64,000 nucleotides of DNA from Escherichia coli (GTDB lineage Bacteria; Pseudomonadota; Gammaproteobacteria; Enterobacterales; Enterobacteriaceae). The stretch is from assembly GCF_044647545.1 (NCBI RefSeq), contig NZ_CP172818.1. One strand, written 5' to 3'. The position numbers were made by a program, and so were the translations under genes. Positions 1-18,297 of this stretch are shown here, piece after piece (position 1 is the stretch's first letter; the number at the start of each line of letters is the position of its first letter). Under the pieces are notes generated by a model, which did no database searches, had not been told where the DNA came from, and saw only the letters and a list, made by a program, of their open reading frames with translations.

Positions 1-452
1 GCGGTTTAATGCTACGCCAACTCATGCGCCAGGCGCGTCAGCGTATCGCCAAAGGCGGGAGTGTGATCCGCACCTCGGTCTCCACATTTATGGAGTTCAT
101 CGGTAATAATCCTAACGCCTTCCGGTTATTATTGCGGGAACGCTCCGGCACCTCCGCTGCGTTTCGTGCCGCCGTTGCGCGTGAAATTCAGCACTTCATT
201 GCGGAACTTGCGGACTATCTGGAACTCGAAAACCATATGCCGCGTGCGTTTACTGAAGCGCAAGCCGAAGCCATGGTGACGATTGTCTTCAGTGCGGGTG
301 CCGAGGCGTTGGACGTCGGCGTTGAACAACGTCGGCAATTAGAAGAGCGACTGGTACTGCAACTGCGAATGATTTCGAAAGGGGCTTATTACTGGTATCG
401 CCGTGAACAAGAGAAAACCGCAATTATTCCGGGAAATGTGAAGGACGAGTAA
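1..452 (+). CDS. fabR: Fatty-acid biosynthesis transcriptional repressor FabR (TetR family), 3' portion; 5' end lies upstream of the window
   Basis: ORF 9..452 is open in-frame to the window start; translated tail recognised as FabR; stop TAA 450-452 overlaps yijD ATG (TAATG). Confidence 0.85.
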
Positions 453-811
453 TGAAACAAGCAAATCAAGATAGAGGTACGCTGCTGCTGGCGCTGGTGG
501 CTGGCTTATCGATTAATGGTACTTTCGCAGCGCTGTTTAGCTCCATTGTGCCATTTTCTGTATTCCCGATTATTTCCCTGGTGCTGACAGTTTACTGCCT
601 GCATCAACGTTATCTTAATCGCACTATGCCGGTAGGCTTGCCGGGTCTGGCTGCTGCTTGTTTTATTCTCGGCGTACTGCTGTACAGCACGGTAGTTCGT
701 GCGGAATATCCGGATATCGGCTCTAACTTCTTCCCGGCAGTACTGTCCGTCATTATGGTGTTCTGGATTGGCGCGAAGATGCGTAACCGTAAGCAGGAAG
801 TTGCTGAGTAA
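452..811 (+). CDS. yijD: Inner-membrane protein YijD (DUF1422), 119 aa
   Basis: ORF track 452..811; hydrophobic multi-TM protein; conserved position downstream of fabR. Confidence 0.85.
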
Positions 812-820
812 TCGGTATCA

Positions 821-845
821 TGCCGGATGCTGGCGCATCCGGCAT
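821..845. terminator. REP-like GC-rich palindrome between convergent yijD and trmA; probable bidirectional terminator
   Basis: tGCCGGATGC-tgg-CGCATCCGGCa perfect inverted repeat directly after yijD stop and before trmA stop. Confidence 0.5.
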
Positions 846-850
846 AGGTT

Positions 851-1951
851 TTACTTCGCGGTCAGTAATACGCCGCACTCCATATGGTGCGTGTAGGGGA
901 ACTGATCAAACAGAGCCAGACGTTCAACCTTGTGCGTCTGGCTTAATGTTTCCAGATTCTTGCATAACGTTTCCGGATTGCAGGAGATATACAGAATACG
1001 TGGATACGCCTGCACCATTTTCTCGGTTTCACTGTCCAGACCGCTGCGCGGTGGGTCGACAAAAATGGTTTCGCACTGATAACTCTTCAAGTCGATCCCT
1101 TGCAGGCGATGAAACTCGCGCACACCATTCATCGCCTGAGTAAATTCTTCTGCCGCCATACGAATAATTTGGACGTTATCAATATGGTTAGCGGCAATGT
1201 TGTATTGCGCGGCAGCGACCGAAGGCTTGGCGATTTCGGTGGCTAATACCCGATCAAAATTGCGCGCCAGGGCTAATGAGAAGTTACCGTTGCCGCAGTA
1301 CAGCTCCAGTAAATCGCCTTTTGAGCCTTTGGTGACGTCCAGCGCCCATTCCAGCATCTGAATATTCATCGCCGCGTTCGGTTGGGTAAAGCTGTTTTCT
1401 ACCTGACGGTAGATCATCTCTTTCCCTGCGACCGGCAGACGTTCATCGATGTAATCTTGGTCCAGCTCGATTTTGGTTTTCGTTGCCCGACCAATCAGAT
1501 GCACATTCAGATTCTGCGCGCGCAGTGCATCGCGCAGGGCTTCCGCTTCCTGACGCCACTCATCATCCAGCTTCTTATGGTACAGCAGGGAAACCACCGC
1601 CTGATTACTCAGCGTGGTGAGGTAATCAATCTGGAACAACTTGTGGCGCAGAACGGGATTATTACGCACACCCGCAATCATCGCCGTCATCAACTGGTTG
1701 ATAAGTTCACTGGCGGCGGGGAAGCTATCCACGCGGATGCGGCTTTTGGTTTGTTGATCGAAAATGATGTGGTACAGGTCATCGCCATCGTGCCAGATGC
1801 GGAACTCCGCACGCATCCGGTAATGACTGACCGGCGAGCGAAACACTTCCGGAACCAGGTCAGAAAACGGTGCCATCATACTTTGCAAACGTACCACTTT
1901 TTCGGCTAACTGCGCTTCATACTGTTCTGTTGGAAGGTGTTCGGGGGTCAT
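851..1951 (-). CDS. trmA: tRNA (uracil54-C5)-methyltransferase TrmA, 366 aa
   Basis: ORF track 851..1951 (-); full-length match to TrmA including SAM-methyltransferase region. Confidence 0.95.
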   Translation of the reverse strand: MTPEHLPTEQYEAQLAEKVVRLQSMMAPFSDLVPEVFRSPVSHYRMRAEFRIWHDGDDLYHIIFDQQTKSRIRVDSFPAASELINQLMTAMIAGVRNNPVLRHKLFQIDYLTTLSNQAVVSLLYHKKLDDEWRQEAEALRDALRAQNLNVHLIGRATKTKIELDQDYIDERLPVAGKEMIYRQVENSFTQPNAAMNIQMLEWALDVTKGSKGDLLELYCGNGNFSLALARNFDRVLATEIAKPSVAAAQYNIAANHIDNVQIIRMAAEEFTQAMNGVREFHRLQGIDLKSYQCETIFVDPPRSGLDSETEKMVQAYPRILYISCNPETLCKNLETLSQTHKVERLALFDQFPYTHHMECGVLLTAK

Positions 1952-2079
1952 GATGTATCCTGAAAAATTAAAGTACGCGGCGATTGTAGGGATTGCTCAT
2001 CAGATGTCCAGATCTTGATGAATTCCTATTTGTGAGCTACGTCTGGACAGTAACTTGTTACAACCTGTAGCATCCACTT

Positions 2080-2300
2080 GCCGGTCCTGTGAGTTAATAG
2101 GGAATCCAGTGCGAATCTGGAGCTGACGCGCAGCGGTAAGGAAAGGTGCGATGATTGCGTTATGCGGACACTGCCATCCGGTGGGAAGTCATCATCTCTT
2201 AGTATCTTAGATACCCCTCCAAGCCCGAAGACCTGCCGGCTAACGTCGCATCTGGTTCTCATCATCGCGTAATATTGATGAAACCTGCGGCATCCTTCTT
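2080..2300 (+). promoter_or_regulatory. Adenosylcobalamin (B12) riboswitch in the btuB 5' leader
   Basis: ~240-nt untranslated leader upstream of btuB ATG containing the conserved btuB leader sequence (GCCGGTCCTGTGAGTTAATAGGGAATCCAGTGCGAATCTGGAGCTGACGCGCAGCGGTAAGGAAAGGTGCGATGATTGCGTTATGCGGACACTGCCA...), recognised from the classical E. coli btuB riboswitch. Confidence 0.8.
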
Positions 2301-2319
2301 CTATTGTGGATGCTTTACA

Positions 2320-4164
2320 ATGATTAAAAAAGCTTCGCTGCTGACGGCGTGTTCTGTCACAGCCTTTTCTGCTTGGGCACAGGATACCAGCCCGGATACT
2401 CTCGTCGTTACTGCTAACCGTTTTGAACAGCCGCGCAGCACTGTGCTTGCACCAACCACCGTTGTGACCCGTCAGGATATTGACCGCTGGCAGTCGACCT
2501 CGGTCAATGATGTGCTGCGCCGTCTTCCGGGTGTCGATATCACCCAAAACGGCGGTTCAGGTCAGCTCTCATCTATTTTTATTCGCGGTACAAATGCCAG
2601 TCATGTGCTGGTGTTAATTGATGGCGTCCGCCTGAATCTGGCGGGAGTGAGTGGTTCTGCCGACCTTAGCCAGTTCCCTATTGCGCTTGTCCAGCGTATT
2701 GAATATATCCGTGGACCGCGCTCCGCTGTTTATGGTTCCGATGCAATAGGCGGGGTGGTGAATATCATCACGACGCGCGATGAACCCGGAACGGAAATTT
2801 CAGCAGGGTGGGGAAGCAATAGTTATCAGAACTATGATGTCTCCACGCAGCAACAACTGGGGGATAAGACACGGGTAACGCTGTTGGGCGATTATGCCCA
2901 TACTCATGGTTATGATGTTGTTGCCTATGGTAATACCGGAACGCAAGCGCAGACAGATAACGATGGTTTTTTAAGTAAAACGCTTTATGGCGCGCTGGAG
3001 CATAACTTTACTGATGCCTGGAGCGGCTTTGTGCGCGGCTATGGCTATGATAACCGTACCAATTATGACGCGTATTATTCTCCCGGCTCACCGTTGCTCG
3101 ATACCCGTAAACTCTATAGCCAAAGTTGGGACGCCGGGCTGCGCTATAACGGCGAACTGATTAAATCACAACTCATTACCAGCTATAGCCATAGCAAAGA
3201 TTACAACTACGATCCCCATTATGGTCGTTATGATTCGTCCGCGACGCTGGATGAGATGAAGCAATACACCGTCCAGTGGGCAAACAATGTCATCGTTGGT
3301 CACGGTAGTATTGGTGCGGGTGTCGACTGGCAGAAACAGACTACGACGCCGGGTACAGGTTATGTTGAGGATGGATATGATCAACGTAATACCGGCATCT
3401 ATCTGACCGGGCTGCAACAAGTCGGCGATTTTACCTTTGAAGGCGCAGCACGCAGCGACGATAACTCACAGTTTGGTCGTCATGGAACCTGGCAAACGAG
3501 TGCCGGTTGGGAATTCATCGAAGGCTATCGTTTTATCGCTTCTTATGGCACGTCGTACAAGGCACCTAATCTTGGGCAACTGTATGGTTTCTACGGAAAT
3601 CCGAATCTGAATCCTGAGAAAAGCAAACAGTGGGAAGGCGCGTTTGAAGGCTTAACCGCTGGGGTGAACTGGCGTATTTCCGGATATCGTAACGATGTCA
3701 GTGATTTGATCGATTATGATGATCACACCCTGAAATATTACAACGAAGGGAAAGCGCGGATTAAGGGGGTCGAGGCGACCGCCAATTTTGATACCGGACC
3801 ACTGACGCATACTGTGAGTTATGATTATGTCGATGCGCGTAATGCGATTACCGACGTGCCGTTGTTACGCCGTGCTAAACAGCAGGTGAAATACCAGCTC
3901 GACTGGCAATTGTATGACTTCGACTGGGGTATTACTTATCAGTATTTAGGCACTCGCTATGATAAGGATTACTCATCTTATCCTTATCAAACCGTTAAAA
4001 TGGGCGGTGTGAGCTTGTGGGATCTTGCGGTTGCGTATCCGGTCACCTCTCATCTGACAGTTCGTGGTAAAATAGCCAACCTGTTCGACAAAGATTATGA
4101 GACAGTCTATGGCTACCAAACTGCAGGACGGGAATACACCTTGTCTGGCAGCTACACCTTCTGA
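2320..4164 (+). CDS. btuB: TonB-dependent outer-membrane vitamin B12 receptor BtuB, 614 aa
   Basis: ORF track 2275..4164; true start taken at ATG 2320 ([20 protein letters not shown] signal peptide, TonB box DTLVVTANR); C-terminal aromatic residue typical of beta-barrel. Confidence 0.95.
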   Translation: MIKKASLLTACSVTAFSAWAQDTSPDTLVVTANRFEQPRSTVLAPTTVVTRQDIDRWQSTSVNDVLRRLPGVDITQNGGSGQLSSIFIRGTNASHVLVLIDGVRLNLAGVSGSADLSQFPIALVQRIEYIRGPRSAVYGSDAIGGVVNIITTRDEPGTEISAGWGSNSYQNYDVSTQQQLGDKTRVTLLGDYAHTHGYDVVAYGNTGTQAQTDNDGFLSKTLYGALEHNFTDAWSGFVRGYGYDNRTNYDAYYSPGSPLLDTRKLYSQSWDAGLRYNGELIKSQLITSYSHSKDYNYDPHYGRYDSSATLDEMKQYTVQWANNVIVGHGSIGAGVDWQKQTTTPGTGYVEDGYDQRNTGIYLTGLQQVGDFTFEGAARSDDNSQFGRHGTWQTSAGWEFIEGYRFIASYGTSYKAPNLGQLYGFYGNPNLNPEKSKQWEGAFEGLTAGVNWRISGYRNDVSDLIDYDDHTLKYYNEGKARIKGVEATANFDTGPLTHTVSYDYVDARNAITDVPLLRRAKQQVKYQLDWQLYDFDWGITYQYLGTRYDKDYSSYPYQTVKMGGVSLWDLAVAYPVTSHLTVRGKIANLFDKDYETVYGYQTAGREYTLSGSYTF

Positions 4165-4966
4165 ACCACGTCCCACCGTGCTGGTGTTTGACTCCGGCGT
4201 CGGTGGGTTGTCGGTCTATGACGAGATCCGGCATCTCTTACCGGATCTCCATTACATTTATGCTTTCGATAACGTCGCTTTCCCGTATGGCGAAAAAAGC
4301 GAAGCGTTTATTGTTGAGCGAGTGGTGGCAATTGTCACCGCAGTGCAAAAACGTTATCCCCTTGCGCTGGCTGTGGTCGCTTGCAACACTGCCAGTACCG
4401 TTTCACTTCCTGCATTACGCGAAAAGTTCGACTTCCCGGTTGTTGGTGTCGTGCCGGCGATTAAACCTGCTGCACGTCTGACGGCAAATGGCATTGTCGG
4501 ATTACTGGCAACCCGCGGAACAGTTAAACGTTCTTATACTCATGAGCTGATCGCGCGTTTCGCTAATGAATGCCAGATAGAAATGCTGGGCTCGGCAGAG
4601 ATGGTTGAGTTGGCTGAAGCGAAGCTGCATGGCGAAGATGTTTCTCTGGATGCGCTAAAACGTATCTTGCGTCCGTGGTTAAGAATGAAAGAGCCGCCAG
4701 ATACCGTTGTATTGGGTTGCACCCATTTCCCTCTACTACAAGAAGAACTCTTACAGGTGCTGCCAGAGGGAACCCGGCTGGTGGATTCTGGCGCAGCGAT
4801 TGCTCGCCGAACGGCCTGGCTGTTAGAACATGAAGCCCCGGATGCAAAATCTGCCGATGCGAATATTGCCTTTTGTATGGCAATGACGCCAGAAGCTGAA
4901 CAATTATTGCCCGTTTTACAGCGTTACGGCTTCGAAACGCTCGAAAAACTGGCAGTTTTAGGCTGA
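4109..4966 (+). CDS. murI: Glutamate racemase MurI, 285 aa
   Basis: ORF track 4097..4966; start taken at ATG 4109 ([11 protein letters not shown]...); overlaps 3' end of btuB by 56 nt in another frame. Confidence 0.93.
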   Translation: MATKLQDGNTPCLAATPSEPRPTVLVFDSGVGGLSVYDEIRHLLPDLHYIYAFDNVAFPYGEKSEAFIVERVVAIVTAVQKRYPLALAVVACNTASTVSLPALREKFDFPVVGVVPAIKPAARLTANGIVGLLATRGTVKRSYTHELIARFANECQIEMLGSAEMVELAEAKLHGEDVSLDALKRILRPWLRMKEPPDTVVLGCTHFPLLQEELLQVLPEGTRLVDSGAAIARRTAWLLEHEAPDAKSADANIAFCMAMTPEAEQLLPVLQRYGFETLEKLAVLG

Positions 4967-4984
4967 TTTGGTTGAATGTTGCGC

Positions 4985-5215
4985 GGTCAGAAAATTATTT
5001 TAAATTTCCTCTTGTCAGGCCGGAATAACTCCCTATAATGCGCCACCACTGACACGGAACAACGGCAAACACGCCGCCGGGTCAGCGGGGTTCTCCTGAG
5101 AATCTCAACAGAGAAAAGCAAAAAAATGCTTGACTCTGTAGCGGGAAAGCGTATTATGCACACCCCGCACCGCTGAGAAAAAGCGAAGCGGCACTGCTCT
5201 TTAACAATTTATCAG
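4985..5215 (+). promoter_or_regulatory. rrnB control region: UP element + P1 (-35 TTGTCA 5012-5017, -10 TATAAT 5034-5039), P2 (-35 TTGACT 5130-5135, -10 TATTAT 5152-5157), boxA antiterminator (TGCTCTTTAACAA 5195-5207)
   Basis: Hexamers with 16-nt spacing read directly; AT-rich UP element upstream of P1; boxA motif in leader. Confidence 0.85.
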
Positions 5216-5338
5216 ACAATCTGTGTGGGCACTCGAAGATACGGATTCTTAACGTCGCAAGACGAAAAATGAATACCAAGTCTCAAGAGTGAACACGTAA
5301 TTCATTACGAAGTTTAATTCTTTGAGCATCAAACTTTT

Positions 5339-6880
<1,542 letters not shown>

Positions 6881-6958
6881 CCTTAAAGAAGCGTACTTTG
6901 AAGTGCTCACACAGATTGTCTGATAGAAAGTGAAAAGCAAGGCGTAAGCAGACGATAC

Positions 6959-7034
6959 GTCCCCTTCGTCTAGAGGCCCAGGACACCGCCCTTTCACGGC
7001 GGTAACAGGGGTTCGAATCCCCTAGGGGACGCCA
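6959..7034 (+). tRNA. gltT: tRNA-Glu (UUC) in 16S-23S spacer
   Basis: GTCCCCTTCGTCTAGAGGCCCAGGACACCGCCCTTTCACGGCGGTAACAGGGGTTCGAATCCCCTAGGGGACGCCA, 76 nt. Confidence 0.97.
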
Positions 7035-7229
7035 CTTGCTGGTTTGTGAGTGAAAGTCACCTGCCTTAATATCTCAAAACTCATCTTCGGGTGACGTTTG
7101 AGATATTTGCTCTTTAAAAATCTGGATCAAGCTGAAAATTGAAACACTGAATAGTCGAAAGATTATTCGTGAGTCTCTCAAATTTTCGCAACACGATGAT
7201 GAATCGAAAGAAACATCTTCGGGTTGTGA

Positions 7230-10134
<2,905 letters not shown>

Positions 10135-10225
10135 ACAACGCCGAAGATGTTTTGGCGGATGAGAGAAGATTTTCAGCCTGATACAGATTAAATCAGAACG
10201 CAGAAGCGGTCTGATAAACAGAATT

Positions 10226-10345
10226 TGCCTGGCGGCCTTAGCGCGGTGGTCCCACCTGACCCCATGCCGAACTCAGAAGTGAAACGCCGTAGCGCCGATG
10301 GTAGTGTGGGGTCTCCCCATGCGAGAGTAGGGAACTGCCAGGCAT
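10226..10345 (+). rRNA. rrfB: 5S ribosomal RNA (rrnB operon), 120 nt
   Basis: TGCCTGGCGGCC...GGGAACTGCCAGGCAT. Confidence 0.97.
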
Positions 10346-10359
10346 CAAATTTAGCAGAA

Positions 10360-10387
10360 GGCCCAGTCGGAAGACTGGGCCTTTTTG
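10360..10387 (+). terminator. rrnB intrinsic terminator (single hairpin + T-tract)
   Basis: GGCCCAGTC-GGAA-GACTGGGCC followed by TTTTTGCG immediately after 5S. Confidence 0.8.
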
Positions 10388-10479
10388 CGTTTCTACAAAC
10401 ACTCCCTGTCGTCATAACTACAAGCCATCCCCCCACAGATACGGTAAACTAGCCTCGTTTTTGCATCAGGAAAGCAGCT

Positions 10480-11508
10480 ATGAACCACTCCTTAAAACCC
10501 TGGAACACATTTGGCATTGATCATAATGCTCAGCACATTGTATGTGCCGAAGACGAACAACAACTACTCAATGCCTGGCAGCATGCAACCGCAAAAGGAC
10601 AATCCGTTCTTATTCTGGGTGAAGGAAGTAATGTACTTTTTCTGGAAGACTATCGCGGTACGGTGATCATCAACCGGATCAAAGGTATCGAAATTCATGA
10701 TGAACCTGATGCGTGGTATTTACATGTAGGAGCCGGAGAAAACTGGCATCGCCTGGTAAAATACACTTTGCAGGAAGGTATGCCTGGTCTGGAAAATCTG
10801 GCATTAATTCCTGGTTGTGTCGGCTCATCACCTATCCAGAATATTGGTGCTTATGGCGTAGAATTACAGCGAGTTTGCGCTTATGTTGACTGTGTTGAAC
10901 TGGCGACAGGCAAGCAAGTGCGCTTAACTGCCAAAGAGTGCCGTTTTGGCTATCGCGACAGTGTTTTTAAACATGAATACCAGGACCGCTTCGCCATTGT
11001 AGCCGTAGGTCTGCGTCTGCCAAAAGAGTGGCAACCTGTACTAACGTATGGTGACTTAACTCGTCTGGATCCTACAACCGTAACGCCACAGCAAGTATTT
11101 AATGCGGTGTGTCATATGCGCACCACCAAACTCCCTGATCCAAAAGTGAATGGCAATGCCGGTAGTTTCTTCAAAAACCCTGTTGTATCTGCCGAAACGG
11201 CTAAAGCATTACTGGCACAATTTCCAACAGCACCAAATTATCCCCAGGCGGATGGTTCAGTAAAACTGGCAGCAGGTTGGCTTATCGATCAGTGCCAGCT
11301 AAAAGGGATGCAAATGGGTGGGGCTGCGGTGCACCGTCAACAGGCGTTAGTCCTCATTAATGAAGACAATGCAAAAAGCGAAGATGTGGTGCAACTGGCA
11401 CATCATGTAAGACAAAAAGTGGGTGAAAAATTTAATGTCTGGCTTGAGCCTGAAGTTCGCTTTATTGGTGCATCAGGTGAAGTTAGCGCAGTGGAGACGA
11501 TTTCATGA
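10480..11508 (+). CDS. murB: UDP-N-acetylenolpyruvoylglucosamine reductase MurB, 342 aa
   Basis: ORF track; full-length MurB. Confidence 0.95.
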   Translation: MNHSLKPWNTFGIDHNAQHIVCAEDEQQLLNAWQHATAKGQSVLILGEGSNVLFLEDYRGTVIINRIKGIEIHDEPDAWYLHVGAGENWHRLVKYTLQEGMPGLENLALIPGCVGSSPIQNIGAYGVELQRVCAYVDCVELATGKQVRLTAKECRFGYRDSVFKHEYQDRFAIVAVGLRLPKEWQPVLTYGDLTRLDPTTVTPQQVFNAVCHMRTTKLPDPKVNGNAGSFFKNPVVSAETAKALLAQFPTAPNYPQADGSVKLAAGWLIDQCQLKGMQMGGAAVHRQQALVLINEDNAKSEDVVQLAHHVRQKVGEKFNVWLEPEVRFIGASGEVSAVETIS

Positions 11509-12470
11509 AGGATAATACCGTTCCGCTGAAATTAATCGCGCTGTTAGCGAATGGCGAATTTCACTCTGGTGAGCAGTTGGGTGAAACGTTAGGAATGAGC
11601 CGGGCGGCTATTAATAAACACATTCAGACACTGCGTGACTGGGGCGTTGATGTCTTTACCGTTCCGGGTAAAGGATACAGCCTGCCTGAGCCTATCCAGT
11701 TACTTAATGCTGAACAGATATTGGGTCAGCTGGATGGCGGTAGTGTAACTGTGCTACCCGTTATTGACTCCACGAATCAGTACCTTCTTGATCGTATCGG
11801 AGAGCTTAAATCGGGCGATGCCTGTGTTGCAGAATACCAGCAGGCTGGCCGTGGTCGCCGGGGTCGGAAATGGTTTTCGCCTTTTGGCGCAAACTTATAT
11901 TTGTCGATGTTCTGGCGTCTGGAACAAGGCCCGGCGGCGGCGATTGGTTTAAGTCTGGTTATCGGTATCGTGATGGCGGAAGTATTACGCAAGCTGGGTG
12001 CAGATAAAGTTCGTGTTAAATGGCCTAATGACCTCTATCTGCAGGATCGCAAGCTGGCAGGCATTCTTGTGGAGCTGACTGGTAAAACCGGCGATGCGGC
12101 GCAAATAGTCATTGGAGCCGGGATCAACATGGCAATGCGTCGTGTTGAAGAGAGTGTCGTTAATCAGGGGTGGATCACGCTGCAGGAAGCGGGGATCAAT
12201 CTCGATCGTAATACGTTGGCGGCCATGCTAATACGTGAATTACGCGCGGCGCTGGAACTCTTCGAACAAGAAGGATTGGCACCTTATCTTTCGCGCTGGG
12301 AAAAGCTGGATAATTTTATTAATCGCCCAGTGAAACTTATCATTGGTGATAAAGAAATATTTGGCATTTCACGCGGAATAGACAAACAGGGCGCTTTATT
12401 GCTTGAGCAGGATGGAATAATAAAACCCTGGATGGGCGGTGAAATATCCCTGCGTAGTGCAGAAAAATAA
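11505..12470 (+). CDS. birA: Biotin-protein ligase / bio operon repressor BirA, 321 aa
   Basis: ORF track; N-terminal HTH plus ligase core (GRGRRGR motif); 4-nt overlap with murB stop. Confidence 0.95.
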   Translation: MKDNTVPLKLIALLANGEFHSGEQLGETLGMSRAAINKHIQTLRDWGVDVFTVPGKGYSLPEPIQLLNAEQILGQLDGGSVTVLPVIDSTNQYLLDRIGELKSGDACVAEYQQAGRGRRGRKWFSPFGANLYLSMFWRLEQGPAAAIGLSLVIGIVMAEVLRKLGADKVRVKWPNDLYLQDRKLAGILVELTGKTGDAAQIVIGAGINMAMRRVEESVVNQGWITLQEAGINLDRNTLAAMLIRELRAALELFEQEGLAPYLSRWEKLDNFINRPVKLIIGDKEIFGISRGIDKQGALLLEQDGIIKPWMGGEISLRSAEK

Positions 12471-12473
12471 GAA

Positions 12474-12493
12474 AGGGGAGCATTAGCTCCCCT
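12474..12493. terminator. Bidirectional hairpin terminator between convergent birA and coaA
   Basis: AGGGGAGC-ATTA-GCTCCCCT stem-loop with flanking A/T tracts on both sides. Confidence 0.65.
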
Positions 12494-12498
12494 GCAAA

Positions 12499-13449
12499 TT
12501 ATTTGCGTAGTCTGACCTCTTCTACCGCATGATTAGCACTTTTCGTCAGGATTAAACTGGCGCGCTCACGAGTAGGTAGAATATTTTGCTTTAAGTTCAG
12601 CCAGTTGATCTCTTTCCACAACGTCATGGCAGTCTTAATAGCTTCTTCTTTAGTTAATTTCGCGTAGTTATGAAAATAGGAATCCGGGTCTGTAAAAGCC
12701 CCTTCGCGGAATTTCAGAAAACGGTTGATATACCATGTCTGAAGTAAGTCTTCCGGAGCATCAACATATATCGAAAAATCGACAAAATCAGAAACAAATA
12801 CATGATGTGGATCGTGTGGATAATCCATCCCGCTCTGTAAGACATTTAACCCTTCAAGAATTAAAATATCAGGCTGAACAACCGTTTTATCTCCATCCGG
12901 GATCACATCATAAATAAGATGCGAGTAAACAGGGGCTGTAACGTTTGGCACGCCGGACTTGAGATCGGAAACAAACTTCACCAGGCGATGCATATCATAC
13001 GATTCCGGGAAGCCTTTCTTCTTCATCAGACCTCGTTCTTTCAGAACCTGATTAGGGTGAAGGAAGCCATCTGTAGTGATCAGTTCAACACGACGATGTT
13101 CCGGCCAACGGCTTAATAGCGCCTGCAATACACGGGCGGTTGTACTTTTCCCCACCGCGACACTACCAGCAATACTGATAATGTAAGGAATGCGTTGCCC
13201 GTTGGTACCAAGAAACTGTTCCAGAACTGCCTGACGGCGCAGATTCGAGCTTATATAGAAGTTCAGCAAACGTGACAGAGGTAAATAGATCTCGGCAACT
13301 TCTTCTAACGAGAGATCTTCATTAATACCTTTGAGACGGGCGATCTCATCTTCCGATAACGTCATAGGTACGGAATCACGCAGAGCTGCCCACTGGTTGC
13401 GGTCAAACTGTAGGTAAGGCGTCATTAACGTTTGCTCTTTTATACTCAT
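12499..13449 (-). CDS. coaA: Pantothenate kinase CoaA, 316 aa
   Basis: ORF track 12499..13605; start set to ATG at 13449 ([14 protein letters not shown]...), Walker-[10 protein letters not shown] present. Confidence 0.93.
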
Positions 13450-13767
13450 AAGCATGTTTCTGGCGGTCATAGCTCTATCGGCAAAGCGATATTTGCCATG
13501 GCGCGTCACAGTTCTGTTGAATGGGTTAATGGGCAGGAGGGTAACACCAGATGGGGAGGAATAATAAGAAAAAATCTCTCCCAGGAAGCTATCGTTGAAA
13601 AGCAATGTGACAGATATTCCATCTGATAAAAAGAATTATGGTTTAGCAGGAGCGCATTGTTGAGCACAATGATGTTGAAAAAGTGTGCTAATCTGCCCTC
13701 CATTCGGCTGTTTCTTCATCGTGTCGCATAAAATGTGACCAATAAAACAAATTATGCAATTTTTTAG

Positions 13768-13796
13768 TTGCATGAACTCGCATGTCTCCATAGAAT
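13768..13796 (+). promoter_or_regulatory. Promoter of thrU-tyrU-glyT-thrT-tufB operon (-35 TTGCAT, -10 TAGAAT, 17-nt spacer) with upstream AT-rich UP-like element
   Basis: Hexamers read at 13768-13773 and 13791-13796, about 15 nt upstream of thrU. Confidence 0.6.
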
Positions 13797-13810
13797 GCGC
13801 GCTACTTGAT

Positions 13811-13886
<76 letters not shown>

Positions 13887-13894
13887 TCAAGTCC

Positions 13895-13979
<85 letters not shown>

Positions 13980-14095
13980 ATTTCGGCCACGCGATGGCGT
14001 AGCCCGAGACGATAAGTTCGCTTACCGGCTCGAATAAAGAGAGCTTCTCTCGATATTCAGTGCAGAATGAAAATCAGGTAGCCGAGTTCCAGGAT

Positions 14096-14170
<75 letters not shown>

Positions 14171-14176
14171 AGATGT

Positions 14177-14252
14177 GCTGATATAGCTCAGTTGGTAGAG
14201 CGCACCCTTGGTAAGGGTGAGGTCGGCAGTTCGAATCTGCCTATCAGCACCA
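14177..14252 (+). tRNA. thrT: tRNA-Thr (GGU)
   Basis: GCTGATATAGCTCAGTTGGTAGAGCGCACCCTTGGTAAGGGTGAGGTCGGCAGTTCGAATCTGCCTATCAGCACCA. Confidence 0.96.
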
Positions 14253-14330
14253 CTTCTTTTCTCCTCCCTGTTTTTTCCTTCTGTTTATTGCATTCAACAA
14301 GTCGGGCATGTTGCCTGGTTGATGTGGTGA

Positions 14331-15551
<1,221 letters not shown>

Positions 15552-15583
15552 TTGCCGATAACATTTGACGCAATGCGCACTAA

Positions 15584-15609
15584 AAGGGCATCATTTGATG
15601 CCCTTTTTG
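15584..15609 (+). terminator. tufB intrinsic terminator
   Basis: AGGGCATCA-TTTG-ATGCCCT followed by TTTTGC. Confidence 0.75.
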
Positions 15610-15780
15610 CACGCTTTCGTACCAGAACCTGGCTCATCAGTGATTTTCTTTGTCATAATCATTGCTGAGACAGGCTCTGTTGAGGGCGTATAATCCGAAA
15701 AGCTAATACGCGTTTCGATTTGGTTTGCCTCGCGATCGCGGGGTGAAAATGTTTGTAGAAAACTTCTGACAGGTTGGTTT

Positions 15781-16164
15781 ATGAGTGCGAATACCGAAGC
15801 TCAAGGAAGCGGGCGCGGCCTGGAAGCGATGAAGTGGGTCGTTGTGGTGGCATTGCTCCTGGTGGCGATTGTCGGCAACTATCTTTATCGCGACATTATG
15901 CTGCCGCTGCGTGCGCTGGCCGTAGTAATTCTGATTGCTGCAGCGGGTGGTGTCGCGCTGTTAACGACAAAAGGTAAAGCTACCGTTGCTTTTGCCCGTG
16001 AAGCGCGTACCGAAGTCCGTAAGGTCATTTGGCCGACTCGCCAGGAAACATTGCACACCACGCTGATTGTGGCTGCGGTTACCGCAGTAATGTCACTGAT
16101 CCTGTGGGGACTGGATGGTATTCTGGTTCGCCTGGTATCCTTTATCACTGGCCTGAGGTTCTGA
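15781..16164 (+). CDS. secE: Protein translocase subunit SecE, 127 aa
   Basis: ORF track; three-TM protein; immediately upstream of nusG. Confidence 0.95.
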
Positions 16165-16165
16165 G

Positions 16166-16711
16166 ATGTCTGAAGCTCCTAAAAAGCGCTGGTACGTCGT
16201 TCAGGCGTTTTCCGGTTTTGAAGGCCGCGTAGCAACGTCGCTGCGTGAGCATATCAAATTACACAACATGGAAGATTTGTTTGGTGAAGTCATGGTACCA
16301 ACCGAAGAAGTGGTTGAAATCCGTGGCGGTCAGCGTCGCAAAAGCGAACGTAAATTCTTCCCTGGCTACGTCCTCGTTCAGATGGTGATGAACGACGCGA
16401 GCTGGCACCTGGTGCGCAGCGTACCGCGTGTGATGGGCTTCATCGGCGGTACTTCCGATCGTCCTGCACCAATCAGCGATAAAGAAGTCGATGCGATTAT
16501 GAACCGCCTGCAGCAGGTTGGTGATAAGCCGCGTCCGAAAACGCTGTTTGAACCGGGTGAAATGGTCCGTGTTAATGATGGTCCGTTCGCTGACTTCAAC
16601 GGTGTTGTTGAAGAAGTGGATTACGAGAAATCTCGTCTGAAAGTGTCTGTTTCTATCTTCGGTCGTGCGACCCCGGTAGAGCTGGACTTCAGCCAGGTTG
16701 AAAAAGCCTAA
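16166..16711 (+). CDS. nusG: Transcription termination/antitermination factor NusG, 181 aa
   Basis: ORF track; NGN and KOW domains. Confidence 0.96.
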
Positions 16712-16750
16712 CCCAGCGATCAAAAAAGCGGCGATTTAATCGTTGCACAA

Positions 16751-16790
16751 GGCGCGAGATTGGAATACAATTTCGCGCCTTTTGTTTTTA
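16751..16790 (+). terminator. Hairpin + T-tract after nusG (partial terminator preceding rplK promoter)
   Basis: GGCGCGA...TCGCGCC stem followed by TTTTGTTTTTA. Confidence 0.5.
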
Positions 16791-16806
16791 TGGGCCTTGC
16801 CCGTAA

Positions 16807-18006
<1,200 letters not shown>

Positions 18007-18297
18007 TGCCTTTACGTGGGCGGTGATTTTGTCTACAATCTTACCCCCACGTATGCTAACGAAAGTTAGCAGCTAAAAAGATTTGTTCGTTGGAGCCTGG
18101 CCTATCCAGGCCTCCGTCGAAGACCGCAGGAGTTTCGCAAGAAACTTAATCCCCTGCGTAGACGGTGACAGAACGCTAAGATTATTCTTTTATATTCTGG
18201 CTTGTTTCTGCTCACCGTAATTAAGACGCTCTCTCCGTTTGGAGGAGTGAAGTGAGTTCCAGAGATTTTCTCTGGCAAACATCCAGGAGCAAAGCTA
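18007..18297 (+). promoter_or_regulatory. rplJL leader region (PL10 promoter and long structured leader targeted by L10-(L12)4 autoregulation)
   Basis: ~290-nt untranslated region between rplA and rplJ; function assigned from established knowledge of the operon, boundaries approximate. Confidence 0.5.

Noticed and set aside
2026-2547. 173-aa minus-strand ORF spanning the btuB riboswitch and btuB 5' end
   Set aside because: Overlaps the well-characterised btuB leader and signal-peptide region on the opposite strand; no support.
10226-10345. Possible single-base variant near the 5' end of 5S rRNA (GGCGGCCTTAGCGCGG in both copies versus the GGCGGCCGTAGCGCGG I recall as canonical)
   Set aside because: Depends entirely on my recollection of the reference 5S sequence, which I cannot verify here; both copies agree with each other, so more likely a lineage polymorphism or a memory error than anything functional.
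13980-14095. 116-nt spacer between tyrU and glyT as a possible small gene or sRNA
   Set aside because: No convincing ORF with RBS and no terminator-like structure; most simply a processed spacer of the polycistronic tRNA-tufB transcript.
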